Notes: generated by a model not told the origin, from the sequence alone. A stretch of 19,701 nt of DNA from Amoeboradix gromovi X-113 (GCA_018985225.1 JADGIF010000106.1:1-19701); one strand, 5' to 3'. Counted from the first letter of the stretch, positions 8,004 through 19,411 are shown. Translations and numbers: made by a program.

Positions 8004-9268
8004 ATGCATTTGAGTTGCATGTCTTCTCCAACGTTTCAAGATGACAATATGGAAGAGCCCTTGCAGCGTTACCAGATAAAGTATCTGAAAAAAGTAATAA
8101 AGAGTCTCAAAGCTAATAAAGACGCTAAACCATTCTTACTTCCAGTGGACCCCGTGAAGTTTAACATTCCAAACTACTTTGATGTCATTAAAGAACCGAT
8201 GGATCTCAGTACCGTAGAAAAAAAGTTACTGGCCGACGAGTATACACATAAGTCGGCATTTCAGTACGACGTAACATTGATTTTTGATAATTGCAAATTA
8301 TTTAATGGAGAGGCCAGTCCTTTTACCGCAATGGCAAATAACATGCAAGAAGCATTTAATAAGAACATGTCAAAATTCCCGCTCGAAGATATTAAAGTCA
8401 TAGCACCTATCTCCCCGAATTTAGCCAGACCGAAAAGAAGTCCCCATCCTTCTGGTGGTGTATACTCTGCACCAACAGGTTTTAACAGCAGTAAAAACCG
8501 CAAACTGTCACCAGAGTTAAGATTTGCGAGCAGCGTAATAAAAGAGTTGACCAAAAAGAAGTATACTGAAATCAATATTCCATTTCTTGAGCCAGTGGAC
8601 ACTTTGCTATATCCCAACTACTTGGATGTAGTGGCCAACCCTATGGATTTTTCGCTCATTCGTAGGAAACTAGAACAGAGTTTGTACTCTAAAGCAGATG
8701 AGGTTTACAGTGACATAAAGCTTGTTTTCGCCAACTGCTATGCATTTAACCCAGCGGGAAACCCTATCACCGAGATGGGTCACAAGCTGGAGACTATTTT
8801 TGAAGCTAAATGGACCGAAAAGGCTGCATTTATTGCTCAACAACACTTAGCTCAATCCAATAGCAAACGCAAGAGGTCTTCCGATAATGAAGAAGAGGAT
8901 GCATATATCTCATTTTTAGAAAAGCAAATAGAATTCTTTACTGAACAACTGAATGAAGCCAAACAAAGATCTTTAAAAAGAAAGAAAAAGAGCGATTTCA
9001 CAGTTGAACAAATATACACAATGAAGAAACAGGTTACCAGATGGATACCTAAACTAGATGAATCGGGATTACCCGATATCATAAAAATGATTGCGAATGG
9101 TACTGATCTAGATAATGATCAGGATGAAATAGAGATTGATTTGGATGTATTAGATCCACAGACTGTATACAAAATACACTCGTATCTTCACAACACCTTG
9201 CCCAAGGATGTGACTGAGCAGGTAACTACCCATTAATTTAGAGTAACACCGATTCGGAAGATGACTGA
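8004..9268 (+). CDS. BDF1: BET-family double bromodomain + ET protein (Bdf1-like); predicted exons 8004-9221 and 9242-9268
   Basis: Two bromodomains (PFLLPVDP..IPNYFDVIKEPMDLSTV..NCKLFN; PFLEPVD..YPNYLDVVANPMDF..NCYAFN) and an ET domain (EIEIDLDVLD). A predicted 20-nt intron gives the acidic tail SNTDSEDD*, followed by AATAAA at 9281. The unspliced ORF stops at 9236, and the start could be a downstream Met. Confidence 0.9.
9222..9241 (+). other. Predicted 20-nt spliceosomal intron
   Basis: CAG|GTAACTACCCATTAATTTAG|AGT; phase 0, contains the in-frame stop, and removal gives a Ser/acidic BET-type tail. Confidence 0.65.
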
Positions 9269-9705
9269 TGTTGCCATTTGAATAAATTAAACATAATATG
9301 AAGTTCTAATTGCAAGATCTTTAATTAGTTAAAAGCAGTTTGATTCAGCGTCATAACGTTCGGTGTCATTTGAAAGTCGTAGATCATCACTTTCCGTATA
9401 AGAGAAACAGACCAATTTGAATAACTTGTAATCTAGTCCCAACTGCTTCGCCCGATTGAATTCCCTTGATGCTTTTTAGCTCTGATATATGCTCACTTCT
9501 TTCCTAATTGTAGTCCAAAATAAGTCAAAACATAAGATATGCACAAGCCTAGCCTTAGCTTCATAAAAGTGGTGCTAAATCCCGAGATTGTAAAAGCCGT
9601 AAATCCTTGAATCATAAATTGCTTTTTAATTAAATTCAAAGAACTTGGCTTAATTGACATCAACCATCCAGCAATTGTTGGTATGATTGTAGAAAGAATC
9701 TTGAT

Positions 9706-12700
9706 TTACTGAAATCTTCGTTGCTGTAATCTATATATTCCTATAATCAGCCATACTACGCTTTTGAATTTATTTAATCGTTTATAGTGGTCCTCTATCG
9801 GCAGCATGTGCTCAACGAGTTCCCATTTCTTTGACAGTATCTGATATTCTCTTTTCAAATACTGCTTTTGGTACTGCAAGTCCTTTCTATAGTACAATTC
9901 CCGCATATATGGTTTTTTGTATACGTCCAGCTGCCTCTTACCAGCTATTTTGAGTTGATACTCTTTGTTTTCGATTAACAGCTCGTTGTATTTGTTCTTA
10001 AGCTCCTCGTAGTACCCATGTTCTTGCTTCAATGCCATGTATTCATTCAAATCGACATTTTCAGTAATTTCTTGCATTTTGTTAAGTTCCACTTTATATC
10101 TGCTGTTCTCAAGTAACTGCTCATTCAATAAGTTCTCCAACGATGCCACATGATGCTCAACGTTATTCCATTGCACGCCCTGAGGTGATTTCTCATTATT
10201 TTTATTTACAATATCATTCAACACTACCATAAGTCTCTCCAGATTATCCTGTTTGTTTTTAAGATACTCTAGTACTTCTTCATTGCACTCATTGGTCATG
10301 TAAATGTCATTCTCATTCATCACCAGCACCAAAATCTCTTTTACTATCGTTATTATATTAGCCTCATCCGAATCTTCCAAAGATCCCAAATTGCTTATTT
10401 CAACAGATTCTTCCAGGTCGGTAGCGCTTGTATTGAAGTTGAGGACGTTTCCCACATCATTTAATTTGTTTTTGCTATTCTTGTAATTCTCGATCAACTC
10501 CATGTACTCAACTTGCATCTCGTTGTTTTTTGTTTCCACGTCCTGTTTATAGACTGCCAACTGCTCCAGCTTGTTTTTGTGACTCTTTATTTCTGTTTTG
10601 ATTCTATTGGACTCCTTAATTTTATTTTGTAATTCTGTCACATCTACTCTCATGACTTCGTCGATCGCTTTTAATTCCTGCTGTGCCTCCTTTAATTCAT
10701 TTTCATTGCTTACTATTTCAGCACTTGCTGCGTGTAAACTGTGCCTTAATTCATCCACCTGCTTGTTTAAAACATCAAGTAGCGTATTGCACTGCTCTTG
10801 AATTGTAAAAAAGTCTGCATTATCGTTCAGCTCTACTCCGTATGGACCATATTCACTGAGTAGGGTTTTAAAGTCATCCAGCTCTTCTTGTAACAATCTC
10901 GTAAATTCTGTTTTATTAGCTAACAAGTCGTTGTACTCTTCCTCTAGTTTCTTGTTAATCTCCTGAAGATCAGAGTTGCCTTTGTTATAGTTTTTAATAT
11001 CCATTTCTAAATCGTTTTTAATCCTTTGCAGTACCTTGTAATCAGCGCTGTTTGCGTTATTTATAGCATTTAGTTGCTGAATTTCTTGCTCCATATCATT
11101 TATATTTGCCTGCAAATCTTGCTCTTCATTTACCATGTCATCATAATTGTTGTTTAACTGATTAATATTGCCACGCATATCACTATTTATGGCGTTTAGC
11201 CTATTTACTTGCTCTGCCAAACTGCTATATTCATCCTGCAGCGCACTATACTCTGTTATTATTAGGTCGTGTTGAATTTGCAACTCATTAATCATTGATT
11301 TGTTCATATGGATGGATGACTCAATATCCAAGCGGTCCATAGAAGTCGTTTCAAGCAGAGATTTAACAGGACTATGAAGAGGACTACTTGGCTTGTTAGT
11401 ATCCAACACGTTACTCAGCAACAATCTCAGTTCCTTGATTCTACTTAATCCATTTAGTTCCACTGGTGGCTGATTATGTTGTATGTTACTCGGTATAATG
11501 GGTATGGTGGGCATCTCTCTGCAATCTAGTGCTATTTTTTGTTTAATTGATGGCAATTTGATAAACTTGACACTGGATGCAATCGTAACCAACATTTTAT
11601 TAAGGGAATGCTTGCGCTCACTTAATGCATTCAGTTCCTTGGAAAGCTCCTGAAGATCTCTTATGAGTACATTCTTTTCACTAGTCAGTTCTTTGGTATC
11701 AGTATTTAGTTCTTGAACATGCGCTCTCTTTTCGTTCATCAAGTTGGTTAGTTCAGCGATGTCATTGACTATACCGTTTTTGTCTACTTCTAGATCCCTT
11801 ATTTCCCCAGCTAGAGATTCCTTATCAATTGAGAACTCTTTAACATCATTTGACAGGGTGCCCATTATTTTTGTTAATTCCTCAACTTCTGCGGTTAAAG
11901 ACTCTTTGCTTCCTAGTAGCTCATCAATATGGGTGGTTACTATATCCTTTTCGAGATTCAGTTCAGTGATTTTACAAGTCAAAGCATCTTTTGACTCGTT
12001 TAACATCTGAATATCAGAGACAATGTGATCCTTTTCTATTTTAAGCTTGTTTATCTGCTCTTGGAAGTTATTCAATACTAGGTCTTCTTGAGGTATTTGT
12101 TCTTTGTTATCAGTTGATAGCTCTCCTGATCCAGGAACTTCAAGTGGCTGTTTCTCAGCCAAATCGTCCGCAGTAGCATTATATGAAGTGTGATTCTCTT
12201 GCGCAATTGCTTCTATTTTCTGGTTTTCTAAGCTTTGTTGAAGAAGCTTTTGCTCATTTATTAATTCTGAAGCTATTTGATTATTAGCTATTAATTCACT
12301 TAATTGGTCATTTAAAACTTGGTTTTCGGTAGTGGAGTGAGCCAGTTGACTGTTTAATCGTAACTGGATTGATTCTTGCTGCTTTATTTGAGAATCCAGT
12401 GATTTGAGATTATTAAGGATTTCATTCTTACGATCTATTAGATATTCCTGCTTGGTAGATTGAAATTGATTCAGCTCATTTAGCTTGGACTCGTAATTTG
12501 AATTAATTACGAGATACTCGTTATCGAAATGTTTATTTAAAATAGAATTCTGTAATGATTTGATCAATTTATCTTTTTCGTGGAGGAAATCCTGCAACTC
12601 TTGAGAATGTTGTAGGCTAACTGAATTTAATAAGCGGATTACTTTGCACAGGACATCTTCTTCATTGTTGATGTTAGCTGCGGTAATGTTTGGATTGCTC

Positions 12701-12804
12701 TGGACTGTAGAGTTTGAATCTTTAGAGTTCCTGCGTAGCTCTCTTAATTTTAGAAATTTGGATCTACCTGCTGCTACCTTTGATAATCTCTCATCTTCAT
12801 TCAT
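9706..12804 (-). CDS. Pericentrin/AKAP9/Pcp1-like centrosomal coiled-coil protein with C-terminal PACT domain
   Basis: ~1030 aa of heptad-rich sequence. The C-terminus RELYYRKDLQYQKQYL...KFKSVVWLIIGIYRLQ matches the PACT pattern. First ATG (12804) gives MNEDERLSKVAAGRSKFLKLRE. Confidence 0.8.
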   Translation of the reverse strand: MNEDERLSKVAAGRSKFLKLRELRRNSKDSNSTVQSNPNITAANINNEEDVLCKVIRLLNSVSLQHSQELQDFLHEKDKLIKSLQNSILNKHFDNEYLVINSNYESKLNELNQFQSTKQEYLIDRKNEILNNLKSLDSQIKQQESIQLRLNSQLAHSTTENQVLNDQLSELIANNQIASELINEQKLLQQSLENQKIEAIAQENHTSYNATADDLAEKQPLEVPGSGELSTDNKEQIPQEDLVLNNFQEQINKLKIEKDHIVSDIQMLNESKDALTCKITELNLEKDIVTTHIDELLGSKESLTAEVEELTKIMGTLSNDVKEFSIDKESLAGEIRDLEVDKNGIVNDIAELTNLMNEKRAHVQELNTDTKELTSEKNVLIRDLQELSKELNALSERKHSLNKMLVTIASSVKFIKLPSIKQKIALDCREMPTIPIIPSNIQHNQPPVELNGLSRIKELRLLLSNVLDTNKPSSPLHSPVKSLLETTSMDRLDIESSIHMNKSMINELQIQHDLIITEYSALQDEYSSLAEQVNRLNAINSDMRGNINQLNNNYDDMVNEEQDLQANINDMEQEIQQLNAINNANSADYKVLQRIKNDLEMDIKNYNKGNSDLQEINKKLEEEYNDLLANKTEFTRLLQEELDDFKTLLSEYGPYGVELNDNADFFTIQEQCNTLLDVLNKQVDELRHSLHAASAEIVSNENELKEAQQELKAIDEVMRVDVTELQNKIKESNRIKTEIKSHKNKLEQLAVYKQDVETKNNEMQVEYMELIENYKNSKNKLNDVGNVLNFNTSATDLEESVEISNLGSLEDSDEANIITIVKEILVLVMNENDIYMTNECNEEVLEYLKNKQDNLERLMVVLNDIVNKNNEKSPQGVQWNNVEHHVASLENLLNEQLLENSRYKVELNKMQEITENVDLNEYMALKQEHGYYEELKNKYNELLIENKEYQLKIAGKRQLDVYKKPYMRELYYRKDLQYQKQYLKREYQILSKKWELVEHMLPIEDHYKRLNKFKSVVWLIIGIYRLQQRRFQ

Positions 12805-12976
12805 GGATATAGGGAGTTTCAAAATAAAAACATTTTTAATTTACTTCCCACATTAGGTATTTATAACACCAACTAGCGAGATCCTGTCTCTTGATATCAT
12901 GAAAATCTCTCAATAGTAAATCTTGAGTCTCTATGATGGCACTTTCACATCCATCTCTTTTCAGAAATTTCCCTTG

Positions 12977-14834
12977 ATGCAAAGTAGTGAGCAGGTAAGC
13001 GTATCGAACGTTGTTGAAGAACCGAAAAGAAAGAGAAAACCAAATGTTGTCAAGAAACTCAAGTCCGTCTTTGATAAAATACAACCTACAATCGATAAAA
13101 TATTTGTTTTGCAACCAGGCAGTCATTTTATAAGAATGGGAACAGCGGATCAACTAGTTTGCGAAACGTATCACCATTGTATTGCACGTCCCGGTGAACA
13201 AGTACATCCAACTGATTTTTACTATCCAGAAGACGAGGTTGAATACTCTCAGCAAGAAATACTAGCACATGTAAAATCTAGCAAAGTACGACCTATTCCT
13301 AATGGGAAGCTAAACGCTAGTAATTTCAATGCATCTAGTGAAAAAGTAGAATTAGAAGATTACAACGATGCATTTCTAGTAGACTGGATTAAGCCGACAA
13401 GTGATAAGAAATGTGAGTACTACATTGGAGAGCAAGCTCGCAGGATTGCTTCCTTGACGCATAGCTACGACAATTCTGTTCCATATAAACTATTTTATCC
13501 AATATCACATGGTTTACTAAATATCAAAGATTACTCATCCATAGAGCTTCTCAAACTAGATATATCACGTATATGGTCGTTCCACTCTAAGAAGTTGATC
13601 AAGGATCCCAAAGAATACTCCGTAATGTTGATTGTTGACGATTTGCTAGACCGCAAGACAATGGCGCTTTATGCATCAGTTTTAATGGATATAATGGGGT
13701 TTAACGCTATTCAGATGCTTCAATCTTCAGTTTGTTGCGGTCTGGCTACTGGATGGTCAACTTGCACAGTAGTAGATATTGGGGCTCAGAAGACCAGCAT
13801 TAGTTGCGTTGAAAATGGATTGTCTCTGCCTTACAGTCGCATATTTTTACCAGTTGGTGGAGAAGACATATCCATCTTATTGTCATGCTTACTAGAATCA
13901 ATAAATTTCCCGAAATTAGATATCGATACAAAACCATGGCATTATGACATTATTGAAGACTTAAAAAAGAACTTTTGTACTTTGGATCCACAGGATTATA
14001 AGCCAACTCAAGGTAGTGTTTATATCCGTGACTACGACTCGAAAACAATTAAAATGGAATTTAAAATGATGGACGAATACGAGGTAGCACCATTTGTAAT
14101 TTTAGCTAATATAGCTGCTGTTTAATGACCATTTATTTGATATACATGAGAAGCTGAATGATTACAAATCCAACATTCATCTCTTCACAAATGACCCAGA
14201 ATTGGGCATTGCTGTTGAAAGAATTAAACATTTATGGAACAGAATATTTATAGATAAGAATGAAGACTCCAAAGTGGGAAGAAAAGAGCAATATCGTAGT
14301 AGAAGCAGAGCTCCAAATCTTATAACAGGGCTTGTATGTTTAGATTCTTTTAAAAAAGACAGTTTGTTAGAAATGTCAGATGGAGTTAAGAAGGAGGACA
14401 TTGATGTAGACATGGATGCAGAAAACAGTGATTCTGATAGTGCTAGTATAGCAGTTGACCAAGATGCAGGAGTGAGCTTCACCGAGGAAGAGCTGGTTAG
14501 TTTCTTTAGCGCACCATTGGACACTGCCATTTACTTAAGCATGGTTAGAGCGAGCGTTGGGCAGCCAGATAAAATAGCTAAATTCGGTTCAAACATACTA
14601 CTGACTGGTGGAGGTGCAAAATTAAAGAATCTGTCTAAATTTGTACAGGACAGGCTTGTTGATAAAGTTCCAAAGATACAATGCAAAAAACCACCAAGAG
14701 AATTAGATATTGAATCAGTAGCTTGGCAAGGGGCATCAGAGACTGCTAAGATTATAGATGTGTGGGTAACCAGAGAAGAATGGAATATAAAACGAGAGTT
14801 CGCTATTAATGACAAGGCGTTCTTTGTTTGGTAG
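12977..14834 (+). CDS. ARP8: Actin-related protein 8 (INO80 complex); predicted exons 12977-14095 and 14115-14834
   Basis: Arp8-type motifs IFVLQPGSHFIRMG..HCIAR, VVDIGAQKTSISCVENG, ILLTGGG, VAWQGAS and WVTREEW. Two ORFs join in frame on removing a 19-nt intron. Start codon uncertain. Confidence 0.87.
14096..14114 (+). other. Predicted 19-nt spliceosomal intron
   Basis: TTT|GTAATTTTAGCTAATATAG|CTG with branch-like GCTAAT. Removal puts 14115 in frame with ORF 14202-14834 (87 nt, no stops), reading APF-LLFND. Confidence 0.8.
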
Positions 14835-15852
14835 AGATAAAGCATAATAAATACCGTAGTTTGCAATATTACTTAACATACTTTACAGACTAAACGAGAT
14901 TTAAAAGAGAGTCCTTGAAGATGATCCGATCTTGCTTCTGTGACAATCAAAGGTACGAAGAATGAATACCAGATAGATTACTGATAATTCAAGGGCTGGT
15001 TATTGTTGATTGCAAATCAGTTGAGAAGCAACTTGTCCCCTTTATCGTTAATGACACCGGGAATATTTTGTTAGTCAAACTAATGGGACACCAAATATAA
15101 AAACTAGACTTACTTGTTTTTAAAGGTGCACCATACGAAGGAATGCTATCATTAATAAAAGATCTTCTATTATACCAATTTTCTTTCATTGATTGTATTC
15201 CCCTCTTCAAAATAAAACTAGGTATGAGGTCTTTGAGCATCTAAGCAAAAGGTGCATTTTCTTGGACGGTACTCTTTTCTAGAATCATTTTGTAATGCTA
15301 TACTAACATCATTATTCTTATCTATTCTAGTTTTTATAGTGTAATAGTGATATTTTATTTGAAATAAAGATTGGATGAAAGAATGAGAGAATAGCTGTAC
15401 AGAATATTTATTTTCCTTTTATACTCGTCAAATCCGCAACTAGCTGAATGTCCACTCGCCTCTTAAATCCATAAAATTAATAAAGCTGAAATAATGCTCC
15501 AAGTTGTTACAGAAAGTTTGTCCAGTTTTTATATTTGATGTCCCTAATGCTTTAGCCAGTTTTTTGGCAATAATTATAATTTTAATCTTGCGAAAATCTC
15601 TGGTAAGACTTGCTATATGAAATTAATTAAGATTACTCTTAAGCACTCGTTGCTGCCAGTCCCTTTTCAAATAGCATGTCCGCGCTGTTTACTCTGTAAA
15701 TTTTGCGAAATATAATATGATAACTAATTAAGTCTTCATCTGTACAAGAGTATGAGATCGAGTAGTGCATTGATGTGCATATCATCTATAAGAATGCTAG
15801 CTTTGATAATATCTCTTGCTTGGAGACTTTAATATAAAACATAGTTTACAGA

Positions 15853-18800
15853 ATGTTGCGTTGTCATTGGAAAAACAAAATCCTGGTACTTGGCAGTGGT
15901 GGCATATCTATTGGTCAAGCTGGAGAATTTGATTACAGCGGTAGCCAAGCTATTAAGGCGCTAAAACAAGATGGTCATTCTACCGTTTTAATAAATGCTA
16001 ACATCGCCAGTATTCAATCGCAGTTGTGTGACCAAGTCTATTATTTACCAGTGAATAAAAGCTACGTTCTCAAAGTAATTGAAAAAGAGCGACCAGATGG
16101 AATTTTATTAAGTGTTGGTGGTCAAAGTGCTATGAATGTCGGCATTGAACTGCACGATGATAACGTGTTTTCAAAGTATAATATTAAGGTACTAGGTACT
16201 CCAATAAGCTCTATAAAAACAGCTGAAGATCGTGATTTATTCTCAAAAGCGCTTCAAGATATCAATATCCCTGTTGCACATAGCATTGCCTCTACTTCTG
16301 TTGCTGGTGCTATTTCAGCTGCTAATGAAATAAGCTATCCCGTCATTGTTCGATCTGCATTCTCTCTCGGTGGATTGGGTAGCGGTTTTGTTAATAATGA
16401 TCAGGAGTTAAGAGAGTTGGCCACTAAATCATTAACCACTTCTAAACAACTATTGATCGAAAAGTCTATGGTAGGATGGAAAGAAGTTGAGTACGAAGTT
16501 ATGAGGGATGTTAACGATAACACAATTTGTATTTGTAATATGGAAAACTTTGATCCACTTGGTGTTCACACGGGTGATTCAATCGTTGTATGTCCTAGCC
16601 AAACCCTAAACGATAAAGAGTACCAGATGCTTAGACAGGCTAGTATAGATATAGTTCGTAAAGTGGGTGTAGTTGGCGAGTGCAATGTCCAGTTTGCTTT
16701 AAATCCGAAAAAATACGAGTTCAAAGTGATAGAAATGAATCCGCGTCTAAGCAGATCCAGTGCACTAGCCAGCAAGGCAACAGGCTACCCTCTTGCATAT
16801 CTTAGTACCAAACTTGCAATGGGGCATTTGTTAACAGATTTAAAGAATCAGGTCACAAGGACAACCAGCGCTGGATTCGAGCCCAGTCTAGACTATGTTG
16901 TAGTAAAGTTCCCTAAATTTGATTTATCAAAGTTTCCCAAAGCAGTTAGAACTATTGGGTCACAAATGAAGGCAATTGGAGAAATAATGGCAATCGGAAG
17001 AACCTTTGAAGAAACCTTCCAGAAAGGATTGAGATGCCTCGGTTACAAAGGATTTGAAGTTCACGATATATCAGCAGCTATTCATGAGCAATTAAAAGTA
17101 AATAAGAAGAACTACTGGCGCTCAATCCTGAACACGCCGACAGACGAACGAGTACTAGCAATTGCTAATGCATTTCATCACGGCTTAAGCTGCGAGGAGA
17201 TTCATGAATACTCGAAAATCGATCTTTTTTTTTTGTACAAATTAGAAAACATTTACGAGATGGCATTGAAACTAGAGTCACCTCTAAATACTGATGATCT
17301 ACTGAATGCTAAGAAGTTGGGATTTAGTGATGAGCAAATAGCTAATTATCAAGGAAATACCCCCTCAGTTATCCGTGAGGCTCGAATTAAGAGCAAAATC
17401 ACACCATTTGTTAAAAGAATAGATACCTTGGCAAATGAGTTTCCAAGTGAAAATAACTACCTATATATGACATACAATGCTAGTAGCCATGATGTTCAAT
17501 TTAACGATCACGGTGTAATCGTACTTGGGAGCGGGGTATACCGAATTGGCAGCAGCTGTGAGTTTGACTGGTGTACTACTAATGCCCTAAGAAGTTTAAG
17601 AGACCTGAACCATAAAACTATAAGCATAAACAACAACCCAGAGACAGTCAGCACTGATTATGATGAAAGTGATAAATTGTATTTTGAAGAGTTAACCGTG
17701 GAGAGAATAATGGACATTTATGAATTAGAACAAAGCAAAGGCATTATAGTGAGTGTAGGAGGACAAATTCCTCAAAATATATGCATGGAGTTGGATAAAA
17801 ACAAATGTAAAATACTGGGAACGTTGCCAGAACAAATAAATAAGGCTGAAAGCAGGGACTTGTTCAGTGGCATTTTAGATAGACTGGGGATTAAGCAACC
17901 AAGCTGGCATTCTATAACAAATGAGAAAGATGCAATCAAGTTTTCACATAATAAATACCCAGTACTAGTGCGGCCTTCTTTTGTTCTTTCGGGGTCTAGT
18001 TTTAAGATCTGTAATAGTGACAGAGACTTGCTAGAATACTTGAAAACTGTAGACTATCGAAGTGGCGTAGTAATATCAGAATATCTTGAAGATAGTAAGG
18101 AAATTGACTTTGACGGAGTTGCGCAACATGGCAAACTAGCATGTTGGGCAATTAGTGAGCATATAGAACAAGCCGGTGTTCATAGCGGAGATGCATCACT
18201 GATACTGCCAAATACTTTGTCAGATGGAGTTAATAGAGAAATCGGGAATATAGCTCGAAAAATAGCCATGGAGCTACAAATATCTGGGCCGTTTAATATG
18301 CAAATTATACTTAAAGATAAGCAGCTTTTTGTCATCGAATGCAATGTGCGAGCTAGTAGGTCGTTTCCATATGTAAGTAAAACTGTAGGATTGGATTTTA
18401 TTAAAGTTGCAATAAGCGCGATAATGGACGAGTCTGAAGTAGGAGAAGTAAGAAAGAATTCAATTAAAGCATACTGCGTCAAAGTCCCACAATTCTCGTG
18501 GAACAGACTAACTGGTGCAGATGTATTGCTTGGTGTAGAAATGCAAAGTACAGGGGAAGTTGCAGCATATTCAGACACGATCATTGACGCTTTCAAAGTT
18601 GCGATGGAAAGCACTATATACTACAATAAACCTAAAAAGGGTATTTTCATTGGACAGGATAGTAGCAAAGATTTTCTTAATTTATTAAAATCAGCTGAAT
18701 TGTGCAGTGCATATTTGCCATTATATTCCATTGATGAAGTCTTAGTAGATGAGCTGGTTAGAAACTCTATTAATTGTACTCTGATATCTAAAAACGATTT

Positions 18801-18993
18801 GATAAACAAAACGGATTTGTGCTTATACTTTGGAGGGGAATCTAAAGGATATGAAATTAGGAGGTTATTTATTGACATGGGTATCGCTGTTATTAGCAAC
18901 GCTCAAATAAGCTACAAAGTAGCTCAGACTTTAAGTAAGGAAACCTTGGATATTAAGTCATGGCAAGAATGGACTGGATTCAAAAGAATGTGA
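15853..18993 (+). CDS. CPA2: Carbamoyl-phosphate synthase large chain, stand-alone (arginine-specific type)
   Basis: 1046 aa with KILVLGSGGISIGQAGEFDYSGSQA, ENFDPLGVHTGDS, IEMNPRLSRSSALASKATGYPLA and a second ATP-grasp half (GSGVYRIGSSCEFDW, IECNVRASRSFP). No GATase, DHO or ATCase domains, so not URA2/CAD. Confidence 0.93.
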   Translation: MLRCHWKNKILVLGSGGISIGQAGEFDYSGSQAIKALKQDGHSTVLINANIASIQSQLCDQVYYLPVNKSYVLKVIEKERPDGILLSVGGQSAMNVGIELHDDNVFSKYNIKVLGTPISSIKTAEDRDLFSKALQDINIPVAHSIASTSVAGAISAANEISYPVIVRSAFSLGGLGSGFVNNDQELRELATKSLTTSKQLLIEKSMVGWKEVEYEVMRDVNDNTICICNMENFDPLGVHTGDSIVVCPSQTLNDKEYQMLRQASIDIVRKVGVVGECNVQFALNPKKYEFKVIEMNPRLSRSSALASKATGYPLAYLSTKLAMGHLLTDLKNQVTRTTSAGFEPSLDYVVVKFPKFDLSKFPKAVRTIGSQMKAIGEIMAIGRTFEETFQKGLRCLGYKGFEVHDISAAIHEQLKVNKKNYWRSILNTPTDERVLAIANAFHHGLSCEEIHEYSKIDLFFLYKLENIYEMALKLESPLNTDDLLNAKKLGFSDEQIANYQGNTPSVIREARIKSKITPFVKRIDTLANEFPSENNYLYMTYNASSHDVQFNDHGVIVLGSGVYRIGSSCEFDWCTTNALRSLRDLNHKTISINNNPETVSTDYDESDKLYFEELTVERIMDIYELEQSKGIIVSVGGQIPQNICMELDKNKCKILGTLPEQINKAESRDLFSGILDRLGIKQPSWHSITNEKDAIKFSHNKYPVLVRPSFVLSGSSFKICNSDRDLLEYLKTVDYRSGVVISEYLEDSKEIDFDGVAQHGKLACWAISEHIEQAGVHSGDASLILPNTLSDGVNREIGNIARKIAMELQISGPFNMQIILKDKQLFVIECNVRASRSFPYVSKTVGLDFIKVAISAIMDESEVGEVRKNSIKAYCVKVPQFSWNRLTGADVLLGVEMQSTGEVAAYSDTIIDAFKVAMESTIYYNKPKKGIFIGQDSSKDFLNLLKSAELCSAYLPLYSIDEVLVDELVRNSINCTLISKNDLINKTDLCLYFGGESKGYEIRRLFIDMGIAVISNAQISYKVAQTLSKETLDIKSWQEWTGFKRM

Positions 18994-19411
18994 GTAAATA
19001 ATTTTTAGTCTTGTAAAATCACTGTCCAAGTCCTCTTTGAGACACACTTCTCTATGCCTTATCGCGTTTACATAAGCCTCTGAATTTAAGTTTCAGGTTA
19101 TTTTTTCTCGTATAAAGCTATACATTGAAAGAGTTAATCCTGCTTATCGTGTCTTTCCGTTCTCAGACTAGTTCATGCATGCCAAACTGCCTATTCTGCA
19201 TCTAATATTGATTTCTTAGAATTCATGAGCCCATTTGCAATTTATGAAAAGGAAAATTACAGGCTTTCATGCAGCTAAAACCCATTATTGTATTCATGAT
19301 TCCAAGTATTGCGAACATCAAAAATTATTTTTCCACCAATCAAACTGTAGTACAGTTATTGAAAGAACACCAATAGAAATACCCATATCCCGTTCACCTC
19401 CATCTGTTGTA

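Noticed and set aside
9493-9660. 55-codon minus-strand ORF MSIKPSSLNLIKKQFMIQGF...
   Set aside because: Hydrophobic and possibly real, but too short with no convincing family match.
12621-12642. Possible 22-nt GTAATC...TTCAG intron in the PACT gene
   Set aside because: Removing it shifts the frame into a stop; the ORF is already open.
14870-15850. ORF 14989-15240 and the rest of the ARP8-CPA2 intergenic region
   Set aside because: No recognisable motif or structure in any frame examined.
8261-18899. Many antisense ORFs inside BDF1, the PACT gene, ARP8 and CPA2
   Set aside because: Shadow frames of real genes on the opposite strand.
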